Source of the DNA: a bacterium
Lineage (GTDB): Bacteria > UBA8248
Direction of reading: 5' to 3'
Assembly (NCBI GenBank): GCA_965213625.1
Contig: CBDBZU010000004.1
Coordinates: 384,001 to 448,000, forward strand
DNA: 64,000 nucleotides
In this document: positions 1-9,674 of the stretch, piece by piece
How positions within the stretch are numbered: the stretch's first letter is position 1
Layout: every line of letters begins with the position of its first letter
The notes under the pieces: generated by a model
Told to the model about the DNA's origin: nothing
The model's input: only the letters and a program-made list of their open reading frames with translations
The model's database searches: none
Program-made: the position numbers and the translations under genes

Positions 1-98
1 CTATGCGCTTTTGCCACTAATGTCAATCGAGTGGAGGTGGTTGGCGATCACGGAGCCATGTAAGGACGTAGCCCGAAACGTAGGGGGAACTCCTATCC

Positions 99-1583
99 TC
101 AGGTCTTCTTCGCCTTGCGTCCTCTGCGGAAGATTCCGTCATAGAAGGTGAACACGGAGACAAACATCAGAAGGGTGCCGATGGGGCTCGTGAGGAAATA
201 CCACACCGGCTTGTTCTCGAAGGTGATGAGCGCGCGGCGCAGGTTCTCGTCCGCCAGCGACCCCAGGATGACGGCCAGCACCATGGGCGCCAGCGGGAGG
301 CCCAAGCTCCTGAGCGCGTAGCCGACGAAGCCTGCGGCCAGCATCACGTAGACGTCGAACATGCTCAGGCGCACCGCGTACGCCCCCAGGATGCAGATGG
401 GGATGATGATGGGCATCAGCAGGGTGCGCGGCAGGCTGTAGAGCTTGACGGCGGGCTTCACCAGCAGGAGGCCGAACACGTACATCAGGAAGTTCGCCAC
501 GATGAGCGCACCGTAGATGAAGTAGACGAGCCCCGGGTTTTCGATGTTGATGGTGGGGCCCATCACCACGTGCTTGAGTTCCAGGGCCGCCATGAAGGCG
601 GCAGCGGGCGGGCTGCCCGGAATCCCCAGCGTGAGCGTGGGGAGGATGGTGCCGCCGATGCACGCGTTGTTCGCCACCTCCCCGCACACGATACCCTCGT
701 AGCTCCCCTTGCCGAATTTTTCGCGCTCCTCCGGGCTGGCGCGGCGCTTGCCAACGTCGTAGGCCACGAAGGCGGCGATGTTCCCCCCCGCGCCGGGTAT
801 GGCGCCTATCACCGTGCCGATGATGCCCGAGCGCACCGAGGCGCGCGCATAACGCCACAGCATGGAGAAGGGGGGCACCACGCGGTCCACTTTTTCGGGG
901 ATCACGGGTGGCTCCTTCTGGGGCAGCACCCAGAGCACCTCGGTCAGGCCGAAGAAGCCGATGATGACCGGGATATAGCTGATGCCGTCTTCGAGCAGCA
1001 CGTTCCCGAAGGTGAAGCGCGGTACGCCGTAGATGTTGTCGAGACCCACGAAAGCGATGAGCAGCCCCAGCCAGCCGGATATCCAGCCCTTGATGGGCGC
1101 TTCGCCCGAGGTGAGCGTGCCGCAGATGGCGATCCCCCAAAGGGCCAGCAGGAACATCTCCCAGGAGCGGAACTGCAGGGCGATGAGCAGGATGAGGGGT
1201 ATGAACGCCACCAGGATCAGAATGCCCACCCAGTTGCCGAGAAAAGACGCCACGAGCGCTGTGCCGAGCGCCTGTCCACCCTCTCCTCTCTGGGCGAGTT
1301 GGTGGCCCTCGATCATGGTGGGAACGGCCGCGGGCGTGCCGGGAATGTTGATGAGCACCGCGGTAATCGAACCGCCGAAGACGCTCGCCGTATAAACGCC
1401 CAAAAGAAACATGATGGCCACGTCCTGGCTCATCTGGGTGGAGAGACCGATCAAGAGCACCATGGACATGGTCGTCGAGATGCCCGGCATCGACCCCCAG
1501 AGCAGTCCCAGTACGGTGCCCAGGATGCAGAAGAACACCAGATACGGGTTCAGGGCGTGGATGAGTTGATCGATGAAAAACAC
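99..1583 (-). CDS. tctA: Tripartite tricarboxylate transporter large permease (TctA family)
   Basis: Polytopic membrane protein with TctA motifs GGSITAVLINIPGTP and EVANNA...PTLTLGIPGS; last gene of a tctCBA run. Confidence 0.92.
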   Translation of the reverse strand: MFFIDQLIHALNPYLVFFCILGTVLGLLWGSMPGISTTMSMVLLIGLSTQMSQDVAIMFLLGVYTASVFGGSITAVLINIPGTPAAVPTMIEGHQLAQRGEGGQALGTALVASFLGNWVGILILVAFIPLILLIALQFRSWEMFLLALWGIAICGTLTSGEAPIKGWISGWLGLLIAFVGLDNIYGVPRFTFGNVLLEDGISYIPVIIGFFGLTEVLWVLPQKEPPVIPEKVDRVVPPFSMLWRYARASVRSGIIGTVIGAIPGAGGNIAAFVAYDVGKRRASPEEREKFGKGSYEGIVCGEVANNACIGGTILPTLTLGIPGSPPAAAFMAALELKHVVMGPTINIENPGLVYFIYGALIVANFLMYVFGLLLVKPAVKLYSLPRTLLMPIIIPICILGAYAVRLSMFDVYVMLAAGFVGYALRSLGLPLAPMVLAVILGSLADENLRRALITFENKPVWYFLTSPIGTLLMFVSVFTFYDGIFRRGRKAKKT

Positions 1584-1586
1584 GGC

Positions 1587-2219
1587 CTACCCCGAACCCG
1601 GCAGCGGAATGCGGAAGCCGTAGCGAAACGCGGCGGCCAGAACCAGCGTCGATATCGCGGATACGATAAGGCACTGCGTAAAGGACTTCGGCCAGAAGAT
1701 GCGCAGCACGATCGCCAGCATTGGAATGGTCACGGCCTCGAAGCTGCTGAATCCGAGCCGAAAACCTCCAATCATCAACGGGATCGTAACGATGAACGTC
1801 ACCCAGTCGAGGAGCACCACGTAAACGACCACCAGGCCCATCAGGATGAGCGCCCACTGGTTCTCGTAATCGGCGAAATACCTCCCCAGCAATTCCGCCG
1901 GGGAGAGGTTCAGCTCCGACCCGCCGCCTTGTTTGAGCGCGCCGAATCCCAAACCGATGGACATGGCCAGCAGACTCAAGCCCGTAAGGATGGGCATGAA
2001 GCCAGGAGCGGTGAAGATGTTCTTCTCGGGATTGGGCATGAGCAGCCCGAGGATAATAGCGAGAATCGCGACAACGGCCACAAGGGTCGCCATCGCCAGG
2101 TCCCTGCCTGGAGTGACGACGGCTCCCCCTTCCTCGGAAAGCAGATTCGAGGCGGCAGTGTCTTCGGGTTCATCCGCAGGCGGATGCGTCTTGCGATCAT
2201 CGTCGTTCGAGGAAACCAT
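1587..2219 (-). CDS. tctB: TctB-family small membrane subunit
   Basis: 4-5 TM segments, APGFMP motif, C-terminal FRIPLP; lies between tctC and tctA; start moved to ATG at 2219. Confidence 0.75.
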   Translation of the reverse strand: MVSSNDDDRKTHPPADEPEDTAASNLLSEEGGAVVTPGRDLAMATLVAVVAILAIILGLLMPNPEKNIFTAPGFMPILTGLSLLAMSIGLGFGALKQGGGSELNLSPAELLGRYFADYENQWALILMGLVVVYVVLLDWVTFIVTIPLMIGGFRLGFSSFEAVTIPMLAIVLRIFWPKSFTQCLIVSAISTLVLAAAFRYGFRIPLPGSG

Positions 2220-2256
2220 GCAACTCTCTCGGCATAGAACAAAATCAATGAATACG

Positions 2257-2307
2257 GCCTCCCCGAGCGGGCCGCCTCGTCTCCAAGGCAGCCCGCTCGG
2301 GGCAGGC
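2257..2307. terminator. GC-rich intergenic hairpin after tctC (attenuator or mRNA-stabilising stem)
   Basis: CCCCGAGCGGGC...GCCCGCTCGGGG inverted repeat between tctC and tctB. Confidence 0.55.
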
Positions 2308-2329
2308 ATTGCGCGATGAGCCGTCTAGC

Positions 2330-3475
2330 TCATATGCGAGGCTTGTAGCCCTTCGGCGGCCACCAGGCGTCGAAATCTTTGGGTTCGGGAAGCCCGAGTT
2401 CCTTGGGTCCGCGCACCTTTTTGCCGATGTGCTTCTGCAGCTTGAGCAGCGTCGCAGCGCTCAGGCACTCGAGCTGCGCGGCCCGGCGATCGGCTGCCTC
2501 CCCCACGCGGACGTCGATCTGGAAGTACTTGCGCGTGGCGATTTTCCCGAAGGCCTCGGACTTCGCAGCCGCAGTCCAGACCGGCTTGATCTTGTTGAGC
2601 ACGTCGACGGGCGTCTCCCGCCTCAGGGCGATGCTGTACATCCCGCCCATCGGCAACAGGGCCTTGAGCGCGGGTATGTAGTTGGCGATGTTGAGCGCCT
2701 TGCCGTAGCCCGGGATGTCCAGATCCTTCGGCCCCGTGTGCATGAGGTTTCTGAGTTTACCGGCGCGCAGGAACTCGACGTGCTCGTGCACGCCGCCGCC
2801 TGCGATGTCCACCTCGCCCTGTAAGCCCGCGACGGTTGCGGGTTTTCCGCCCTTGTAGGGCACGAAGCGCAATTCGATGCCCGCTGCGTCCGCGACGGTG
2901 GCGCCCACCTCGTGCCAGATGCTGCCCACGCCCGAAGTCGAGATGGTGAGCTTGCCGGATTTTTTCTTGGCAGCTGCGACCACATCGTTAAAGGTCTTGA
3001 AGGGCGAGTCGGGCCGCACCGACCAGCTCGCGAGCGAAGCAGCCGCCGCAAAGTGCTGCCAGTCCACCCACGCCGCCGAATCCGTGTATCCCATCGGCCT
3101 GACGAACTTGTTGTAGTTCCCGGCGCCCAGCCAGGTGTAGCCGTCGGCCGCCTTGTTGAGCACGTAGCGCGTGGCCACGCCTCCCACGGACCCCGGGCGG
3201 TTGATGACGTTGACGGGCCAGCCGGTAGTACGGGCCATCTCGCCGCACAGGGTGCGGATGACGGTGTCCGTGCCGCCGCCCGCGGCGTACATCACCACTC
3301 CCGTGATGGGGCGCGCGGGCCAGTTCGCGGCGTCCGCCTTTCTGGACGTGAACACCATCGGCGCCACCGCCGCGGCGCCTGCGACCCCAAGGGTCCGGAT
3401 GAAGCTCCTGCGCGTCAGATCGGACGATTCGGGAATGATGATTTGGGGATGCTCATGAGACTCCTGCTTGGACAT
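2330..3475 (-). CDS. tctC: TctC/Bug-family substrate-binding protein with Tat signal
   Basis: WPARPIT...YAAGGGTD, NRPG, VPYKGG motifs; TRRSFI twin-arginine motif; GAGGAG RBS before ATG at 3475. Confidence 0.9.
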   Translation of the reverse strand: MSKQESHEHPQIIIPESSDLTRRSFIRTLGVAGAAAVAPMVFTSRKADAANWPARPITGVVMYAAGGGTDTVIRTLCGEMARTTGWPVNVINRPGSVGGVATRYVLNKAADGYTWLGAGNYNKFVRPMGYTDSAAWVDWQHFAAAASLASWSVRPDSPFKTFNDVVAAAKKKSGKLTISTSGVGSIWHEVGATVADAAGIELRFVPYKGGKPATVAGLQGEVDIAGGGVHEHVEFLRAGKLRNLMHTGPKDLDIPGYGKALNIANYIPALKALLPMGGMYSIALRRETPVDVLNKIKPVWTAAAKSEAFGKIATRKYFQIDVRVGEAADRRAAQLECLSAATLLKLQKHIGKKVRGPKELGLPEPKDFDAWWPPKGYKPRI

Positions 3476-3819
3476 GATGCTCTCCTCTTTGTAGAAAAAA
3501 AACGACCGCTCCAGAGCAAACGGCGGCCAACCACAAACCCGTCTGGCTTTCGTTACACCCAGAATCTCTTCATACTTTTTTTGACTGGATTCGATCCTAG
3601 CACGAAATACGGATGACGCCAAATTTCCATTGGAGACTCGCCCAAAACCCGCCTTTCGCACGCTGCGGTTTCGTGTAGAATCACACTGTTTCGGGGGACC
3701 AGGCGAAATCGTTCATCCAATCGTAACGCGCGCAACACCTAATCGTAATCCGGCTGTGATAAAATACCACGAACGTGAAAAATAGATGAATCCCACATCA
3801 GCAGAAGGAAACGCGAGAT

Positions 3820-4848
3820 ATGAAGCTAGGCGTATTGACGGGGGGCGGAGACTGCCCCGGCCTGAACGCGGTCATCCGCGCGGTGACGGCTTCGAATTTC
3901 CATCGCGGGAGTCATACGCTGGGTATTCGCCGGGGCTGGCGCGGCCTGGTGGACGGTGATTTCGTCGAAATCACGGGCCCGATGATCTCCGGCATCCTCG
4001 ACAAGGGGGGCACCATTCTGGGTTCCTCCAGGACGAACCCCACCAAAGACGCGGCCATGCTCGAGAAGCTCAAGGAAAACTGGCGCGCCTCGCGCATCGA
4101 CGGCCTCATCGCCATCGGTGGGGATGACACGCTGAGCGTCGCCGCTTTCCTGAGCAAAGAAGGTTACAACGTCATCAGCGTGCCCAAGACAATCGACAAC
4201 GACATCGGCTTCACGGACTACTCGTTCGGCTTTCACACCGCCGTCGGCGTCATCACCGACGCCATCGACCGCCTGCGCACCACGGCGGAGGCCCACGACC
4301 GCGTCATCATCCTGGAGGTCATGGGACGCCACTCGGGCTGGCTCGCCACCTACGCGGGCATCGCCGGAGGGGCCGACCTCATCCTCGTGCCCGAGCGGCC
4401 CTTCAACATCGAAGAAGTCGTCGAGGTGCTCAAGGCGCGCTTCGCGCGCGGGCGCAACTTCGCCAACGTGGTCGTGGCGGAGGGCGCGAAGCCCGAGGGA
4501 ATAGAGAACTACATCACGCGCAGCCAGGCGGTGGACGAGTTCGGGCACGTGCAACTCGGCGGCGTCGGCGAATTTCTCGCCAATGAGGTCGGGGACCGGA
4601 TGAACGTGGATACGCGCGCCGTCATCCTGGGGCACATCCAGCGCGGCGGCTCCCCCGTGCCCTACGACAGGGTGCTGGCGACGCGCCTGGGCGTGCGCGC
4701 GAGCGAACTCGCCCACGAGGGAACCTGGGGCGTGATGGCGGCGCTGCAGGGGCGCGACGTCAACCCCGTGCCGCTCGAAGACGTCCTCGGCAAGGTGAAC
4801 ACCCTGCGGGAAGACTTCTTCGACGCCGCGGAATTGTTCTTCGGATAG
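3820..4848 (+). CDS. pfkA: 6-phosphofructokinase, probably pyrophosphate-dependent
   Basis: LTGGGDCPGLN, GGDD, PKTIDND, EVMGR and LGHIQRGG motifs. Confidence 0.93.
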   Translation: MKLGVLTGGGDCPGLNAVIRAVTASNFHRGSHTLGIRRGWRGLVDGDFVEITGPMISGILDKGGTILGSSRTNPTKDAAMLEKLKENWRASRIDGLIAIGGDDTLSVAAFLSKEGYNVISVPKTIDNDIGFTDYSFGFHTAVGVITDAIDRLRTTAEAHDRVIILEVMGRHSGWLATYAGIAGGADLILVPERPFNIEEVVEVLKARFARGRNFANVVVAEGAKPEGIENYITRSQAVDEFGHVQLGGVGEFLANEVGDRMNVDTRAVILGHIQRGGSPVPYDRVLATRLGVRASELAHEGTWGVMAALQGRDVNPVPLEDVLGKVNTLREDFFDAAELFFG

Positions 4849-4917
4849 AATTCCGCGCACCTCGGAGCGCCCGTTCTCATCGGGCCTCCGCCGCGCTCTC
4901 CCAAGCCATCGGTTGAA

Positions 4918-6609
4918 TCAGAAAACCGGCGTTTCCCGGTAGGTTCCCCAGACCGACTTCAGTTTCTCGGTGATTTCTCCCATTGTCGCGCCCTCGCGCA
5001 CGAGTTCAATGGTTGTGGGCATGATGTTACGCGTTTCGTCCTTAGCGTCCGAGACGAGTTCCTCCAGAAGCATCTCCACCCTGGCGTTGTCGCGCTCCTC
5101 GCGCACCCTTTTCGTCCGCGCAATCTGCCGATCGGCGGTCGAGTAATCATAGGGATGGGTCTCAATCTCCTGGTTTTCGTCTTCCTCGACCATGGTGTTG
5201 ACCCCGATGACCGGCTTCTCGCCGGATTGCTTGCGCAAGGCGGTCTCATAAGCGAAGTCGGCGATCTGCTTCTGGAACCAGCCTTCCTCGATCAATTTGA
5301 CCGTGCCGCCGTTTTCATCCACATAGTCGAGAATCTCGAAAATGCGCTTCTCGAACTCGTTGGTCAGGCTCTCGAGGTAGTAGGAGCCGCCCACCGGATC
5401 GATGACGTTGGTGACGTTTGTTTCCTCTGCAATTACCTGCTGCGTGCGCAAAGCCATCCGCATGGCGTCCTCGGTCGGGATCGCGAACGCTTCGTCATAA
5501 CCGTTGGTGTGTAGCGACTGGCAACCGCCGAGGACTGCGGCGAGGGCCTGGAACGCCGTGCGCACGATGTTGATCCGGAATTGCGGCTTGGTGAGGGTCG
5601 CGGCCGCTGTCTGGCAGTGGAAACGAAGCCGCATCGATTCGGGGTTCTTTGCGCCGAAGCGCTCTTTCATGATCCTGGCGTAACAGCGGCGCAGCGCCCG
5701 GAACTTGGCGATCTCCTCGAACAGGTCCGCTTGCGAGACGTAGAAGAAAGCCAGCCTCGGCGCGAATTCGTCGACGCTCATGCCGGTCTTCAGCACCTCC
5801 TCCACGTAGACGATCAGGTTGGCCATGGTGAAGGCGGCCTCCTGCAAGGGCGAGGCGCCGGCTTCGGAGATGTGATAACCCGAGATGTTGATCGGGTTGT
5901 AGCGCTTCATGTTGCGGCCGCAGAAGGATATGCAATCACGCACGATGCGGACCGACGGCGCGATGGGATAGATGAACTCCTTCTGCGCCATATACTCTTT
6001 CAGTATGTCCGCCTGGATGGTTCCCGAAAGCCTGTTCAGGTCGAGACCGCGCTTCTCGGCCAGCGCCACATACATGGCGAGCAGGATCCAGGCGCTCGGG
6101 TTGATGGTCATCGACACGGATATGTTCTCGAGATCGATGCCGTCGTACAGCGCCTCCATGTCGGCGAGTGTATCCACGGCCACGCCTTCGCGGCCCACCT
6201 CGCCCTCGCTCATCGGATGGTCGGAGTCGTAGCCCATGAGCGTGGGCATGTCGAAGTCGGTCGAAAGTCCCGTCTGTCCCTGTGAGATCAGGTATTTGAA
6301 GCGTTCGTTGGTGTCTTCGCCGGTGCCGAAACCGGCGATCTGGCGCATGGTCCACACCCGGCTGCGGTACATCGTCGGGTAGGGCCCGCGCGTAAAGGGA
6401 TAGCGCCCCGGCAGACCGATATCCTCGAGTGGCGTTTCATCGATATCGGCGGCGGTATAGACGCGCTGCACCGGAAAATCGCCGGTTGTGAAGAATTGCT
6501 CCTTGCGCTCGGCTTGTTTATTCAGGAAGGTGGCTACCTCGTTGCTCTCCCAACCCTCGATCTCGCTCCGGAGCTTCTCAAGCGAATCTGGAGTGAACAT
6601 CTCGTTCAT
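4918..6609 (-). CDS. hcmA: 2-hydroxyisobutyryl-CoA mutase large (substrate-binding) subunit
   Basis: Acyl-CoA mutase fold (PGRYPFTRGPYPTMY, INISGYHISEAG, QSLHTN) with TMRQIAGF (Ile) and STDFDMPT (Asp); start ATG at 6609. Confidence 0.88.
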   Translation of the reverse strand: MNEMFTPDSLEKLRSEIEGWESNEVATFLNKQAERKEQFFTTGDFPVQRVYTAADIDETPLEDIGLPGRYPFTRGPYPTMYRSRVWTMRQIAGFGTGEDTNERFKYLISQGQTGLSTDFDMPTLMGYDSDHPMSEGEVGREGVAVDTLADMEALYDGIDLENISVSMTINPSAWILLAMYVALAEKRGLDLNRLSGTIQADILKEYMAQKEFIYPIAPSVRIVRDCISFCGRNMKRYNPINISGYHISEAGASPLQEAAFTMANLIVYVEEVLKTGMSVDEFAPRLAFFYVSQADLFEEIAKFRALRRCYARIMKERFGAKNPESMRLRFHCQTAAATLTKPQFRINIVRTAFQALAAVLGGCQSLHTNGYDEAFAIPTEDAMRMALRTQQVIAEETNVTNVIDPVGGSYYLESLTNEFEKRIFEILDYVDENGGTVKLIEEGWFQKQIADFAYETALRKQSGEKPVIGVNTMVEEDENQEIETHPYDYSTADRQIARTKRVREERDNARVEMLLEELVSDAKDETRNIMPTTIELVREGATMGEITEKLKSVWGTYRETPVF

Positions 6610-7582
6610 GGTCTCCCTCTCTTTCGAGCGTCGTCGAGAGCAACTCTTCCGCCAGTGAATAGGGGTCGCTCTCCCGGCGCATGAGCTGTTCGGCGAGTTT
6701 CGCGCTCGCCGCAGCCCTAGCAGCGTTGAATCGATCATACAATAGATTTTCGGCGGTCTTGCGCAGCCGGAATTCGGCGATGCTTTTGCGACGCGCCAGG
6801 CCCGCATCCGTATCCGAGGCCAGGTCGCGGTGCCGGGCGACCGCCTCCAGCAGCTCGTCGATTCCTTCTCCGGTAACGGAGCTTGTGCCAATCACGGGGG
6901 CAGCCCAGTCGGATGGGTCGCGCCCGTGGACTCCCAGCGTCAGCATTTGCTTCAAATCCGTCAGCGTCCGATTGGCGTCGCTGCGGTCGCATTTAGAAAC
7001 GACATGGATGTCGGCGATCTCCAGGAGGCCCGCCTTGATCGCCTGGACCTCGTCGCCAAGGCCGGGCGCGGAAACCACCACCGTGGTGTGGGAAGCCCGC
7101 ACGATCTCGACCTCGTCCTGGCCCACGCCGACGGTTTCCAGAATGATGACCCCGAAACCGGCGGCATCGAGAATATCGACCGCCTCGAGAGCCGCGCGCG
7201 CCATGCCGCCGGTCGCCCCGTGCGTTGCCATGCTGCGGATATATATGCCGGAGTCTGCGCTCAAGTCGCTCATGCGAATGCGGTCCCCCAGGATGGAACC
7301 GCCGGAATACGGAGAAGATGGATCAATCGCGATGATGCCGACCATCTCGCCGCCGGCGCGCAGTCTTTGCGCAAGCCCGCTGACGAGTGTGGATTTTCCG
7401 CTGCCGGGCACCCCGGTCATGCCGACGACGTGCGCTCGTCCGGCGAGTTTGTGAATCCGGGCGAGTGCGTCACGCGCTTCCGCCAGGCCCGACTCCGCGC
7501 GCGATATGAGGCGGCCGATCGCGGCCGGCTCGCCTGCTTGAACGCGGGCGATGAGTTCCACGGAAGGGACATAGGCTCCCAT
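6578..7582 (-). CDS. meaH: MeaB-family GTPase chaperone of the B12 mutase
   Basis: GVPGSGKST, IDPSSPYSGGSILGDRIRM, ETVGVGQDE motifs; inside the mutase operon. Confidence 0.9.
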   Translation of the reverse strand: MGAYVPSVELIARVQAGEPAAIGRLISRAESGLAEARDALARIHKLAGRAHVVGMTGVPGSGKSTLVSGLAQRLRAGGEMVGIIAIDPSSPYSGGSILGDRIRMSDLSADSGIYIRSMATHGATGGMARAALEAVDILDAAGFGVIILETVGVGQDEVEIVRASHTTVVVSAPGLGDEVQAIKAGLLEIADIHVVSKCDRSDANRTLTDLKQMLTLGVHGRDPSDWAAPVIGTSSVTGEGIDELLEAVARHRDLASDTDAGLARRKSIAEFRLRKTAENLLYDRFNAARAAASAKLAEQLMRRESDPYSLAEELLSTTLEREGDHERDVHSRFA

Positions 7583-9012
7583 CAGCGGTTTTCTTCATCC
7601 AGTTGTGTTTGCATCTCCTGGAAGACGGCCCTGTCGTCGATAACGCGGCGCGCCTTGAAATCCGTTCGGGGGATCGAGCCCGGCTCGACGATCTCAACAC
7701 CCGTCCGCAGCCCGAGCACCATCTGCAATTTATGCGCCACCTCGGTGCAGAACCGCGCGGCACCCTCGGGGTCGGCGAAGGTATCGGGGTCGGACTCGAC
7801 GCGCAACAGTAACTCGTCCATCGCCGCCTCGCGGCTGATTACGATCCGGTGCTCCCCGCCATAGTGCGCAAGTTCGTTGAGCGCGGCGTCTATCTCGCTC
7901 GGATAAACGTTCTCGCCGCGGATCGTGAACATGTCGTCGATGCGCCCGAAAATACCGTGCGGCAGGCGCGGATAAGTGCGTCCACACGGGTTCGGTTCGT
8001 CGACCCACCGGGTCAGGTCTCCCGACGCCAGGCGAATCATCGGCTGAGAGGCGCGTTCGAGATGGGTGTACACGGGAGTTCCCCGTTCCCCGTAGGGGAC
8101 CCGGCGCATGGTTTCGGGATCGCACACTTCCGTGTAGACGACGTCCTGCCAGCAGAGCATCCCGTCCGTCTCGGCCGAACTCGCCACGTTCATCCACGGA
8201 CTCATCTCGGCCATGGAGCCGCTGTCGTAAACCCTGGCCCCGTAGAGCTCCTCGATGCGCTCGCGGATGGCCGGGATCGAGGCGCCGGGCTCGCCGGAGA
8301 AGAACATGACTTTGAGCTGCAAGTCGCGAGGGTTCAGGCCCTCGTCTTCCGCGACCTGGGCGAGGTGTAAGGCGTAGGTCGGCGTACCGTAGAAGGCCGT
8401 GGGCTTCAGCATGTCGAGCCATTGCACGCAGCGCGCCGACATGCCGGACGCGCCGGCGCCGAACGGGAAAGCTCTTGCGCCGAGGCGTTCCGCGCCGGCG
8501 AGCGCTCCCCAGCTCCCCATGTAGAGAGAAAATACGGCGGCGACGCAAATCGTATCCCCGGGGCGCAGGCCCATGCCCCACATGATGCGCGCATGCGCGT
8601 TGGCTATGGCGCGCCAGTCGCCCTGCGAGATGGCGAAGGCGGTGGGCCGCCCGGTCGTACCGCTGGTGCCATGGATGTGAAAGACATCGTCTTCGCCCAC
8701 GCAGAGGTAATCGCCAAAGGGCGGATGGCGTTCCTGGGCCTCTCGCAGGTCCTTCTTGGTCAGGACCGGAACCTTCTCCTCGAAGTCTTCGAGCGACTTG
8801 AGCTGGCTCGGGTGAAAACCGGCCTCATCCCATTTGCGGCGATAGAGGGGGGCATGCTCGTAGGCGTAGGCGCAGACCTGGCCGAGACGCTCCAGGATGG
8901 CCTTCTCCCGGTCTCCCGCCGGCATCGTCTCCCGCCGGGGGAACCAGTAGCGGTTGTCCCGAGCCGGCAGAAAGTTCTCGTCGTAAGCGGGTGGGAATGA
9001 CCAGGACTCCAT
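7582..9012 (-). CDS. hcl: PaaK-like acyl-CoA ligase, probably 2-hydroxyisobutyrate-CoA ligase
   Basis: HGTSGTTGRP AMP-binding loop, GRIDDMFTIRGENVYP; located between hcmB and meaH. Confidence 0.8.
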   Translation of the reverse strand: MESWSFPPAYDENFLPARDNRYWFPRRETMPAGDREKAILERLGQVCAYAYEHAPLYRRKWDEAGFHPSQLKSLEDFEEKVPVLTKKDLREAQERHPPFGDYLCVGEDDVFHIHGTSGTTGRPTAFAISQGDWRAIANAHARIMWGMGLRPGDTICVAAVFSLYMGSWGALAGAERLGARAFPFGAGASGMSARCVQWLDMLKPTAFYGTPTYALHLAQVAEDEGLNPRDLQLKVMFFSGEPGASIPAIRERIEELYGARVYDSGSMAEMSPWMNVASSAETDGMLCWQDVVYTEVCDPETMRRVPYGERGTPVYTHLERASQPMIRLASGDLTRWVDEPNPCGRTYPRLPHGIFGRIDDMFTIRGENVYPSEIDAALNELAHYGGEHRIVISREAAMDELLLRVESDPDTFADPEGAARFCTEVAHKLQMVLGLRTGVEIVEPGSIPRTDFKARRVIDDRAVFQEMQTQLDEENR

Positions 9013-9022
9013 GGATGTCGGC

Positions 9023-9430
9023 TCAGCGCGCGCCGCGCTCCTCCACGAGTCGGGTAAGCGTATCGATAATCGTTTGCGGCGGCGTATCCTGCAGCAACAC
9101 CTTGCTTACCCCCATTTTCTTGAGATTGACCACATCTTCGTCCGGCATGACGCCGCCGGCCACGACGATCATGTCATCGGCGCCCCTGGCCCGAAGCAGG
9201 TCGAATATCTTGGGGAACACGGTCATCTGCACGCCGGACAGGAGACTTACGCCAAGCACGTCGACATCTTCCTGTACGGCGGCGGTCACCACCTCTTCCG
9301 GTGAGCGGTGCAGGCCGGTATAGATCACGTCCATACCGGCGTCCCGCAGGGCGCGTGCGACTATCTTGACGCCCCGGTCGTGACCGTCGAGACCTACCTT
9401 CGCCAACAGGACGCGAATTGGCTGACTCAT
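9023..9430 (-). CDS. hcmB: Cobalamin-binding small subunit of the mutase
   Basis: GLDGHDRG (DxHxxG) and SLLSG B12-binding motifs; start ATG at 9430. Confidence 0.9.
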   Translation of the reverse strand: MSQPIRVLLAKVGLDGHDRGVKIVARALRDAGMDVIYTGLHRSPEEVVTAAVQEDVDVLGVSLLSGVQMTVFPKIFDLLRARGADDMIVVAGGVMPDEDVVNLKKMGVSKVLLQDTPPQTIIDTLTRLVEERGAR

Positions 9431-9456
9431 GAGGCGTTCCTCATCGGGTTCTTTTC

Positions 9457-9477
9457 TGTATGCGAAATCAGTATACA
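9457..9477. promoter_or_regulatory. Candidate operator upstream of hcmB
   Basis: Imperfect palindrome TGTATGC-N7-GTATACA ~27 bp upstream of the start codon. Confidence 0.35.
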
Positions 9478-9612
9478 ACCTGCACAAAAAAACACCATAC
9501 CTTCAACGGGAAACAGAACCGGCACACAGGAAGAAACCATCTCGTGGACGCTCTTGTTCACCCGGATGAACGTATGAATTTTCCTCAGGCTGCCATTAAA
9601 CCGCGGGCGCAT

Positions 9613-9661
9613 CGAATAACGAAGGCGCCGCCGGACTCACCGGCGGCGCCTTCGTTATTCG
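9613..9661. terminator. Perfect 22-bp stem-loop (terminator-like)
   Basis: CGAATAACGAAGGCGCCGCCGG-ACTCA-CCGGCGGCGCCTTCGTTATTCG, just downstream of ORF 9675..9962. Confidence 0.7.
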
Positions 9662-9674
9662 GGATGCAGCCTGC

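Noticed and set aside
139-2237. Long overlapping ORFs 139..1857 and 570..2237, and similar ones such as 15437..17137, 38287..40344, 46860..48284
   Set aside because: Shadow frames of GC-rich genes; Arg/Gly/His-rich with no motifs, overlapping well-supported CDSs
4918-6609. Methylmalonyl-CoA or isobutyryl-CoA mutase call
   Set aside because: The specificity residue is Ile (RQIAGF), not Tyr or Phe, and the operon includes a CoA ligase as in hcm clusters
9431-9612. Cobalamin riboswitch upstream of the B12 mutase operon
   Set aside because: No recognisable B12-box or GCCACTG/GGGAAG core on the minus strand
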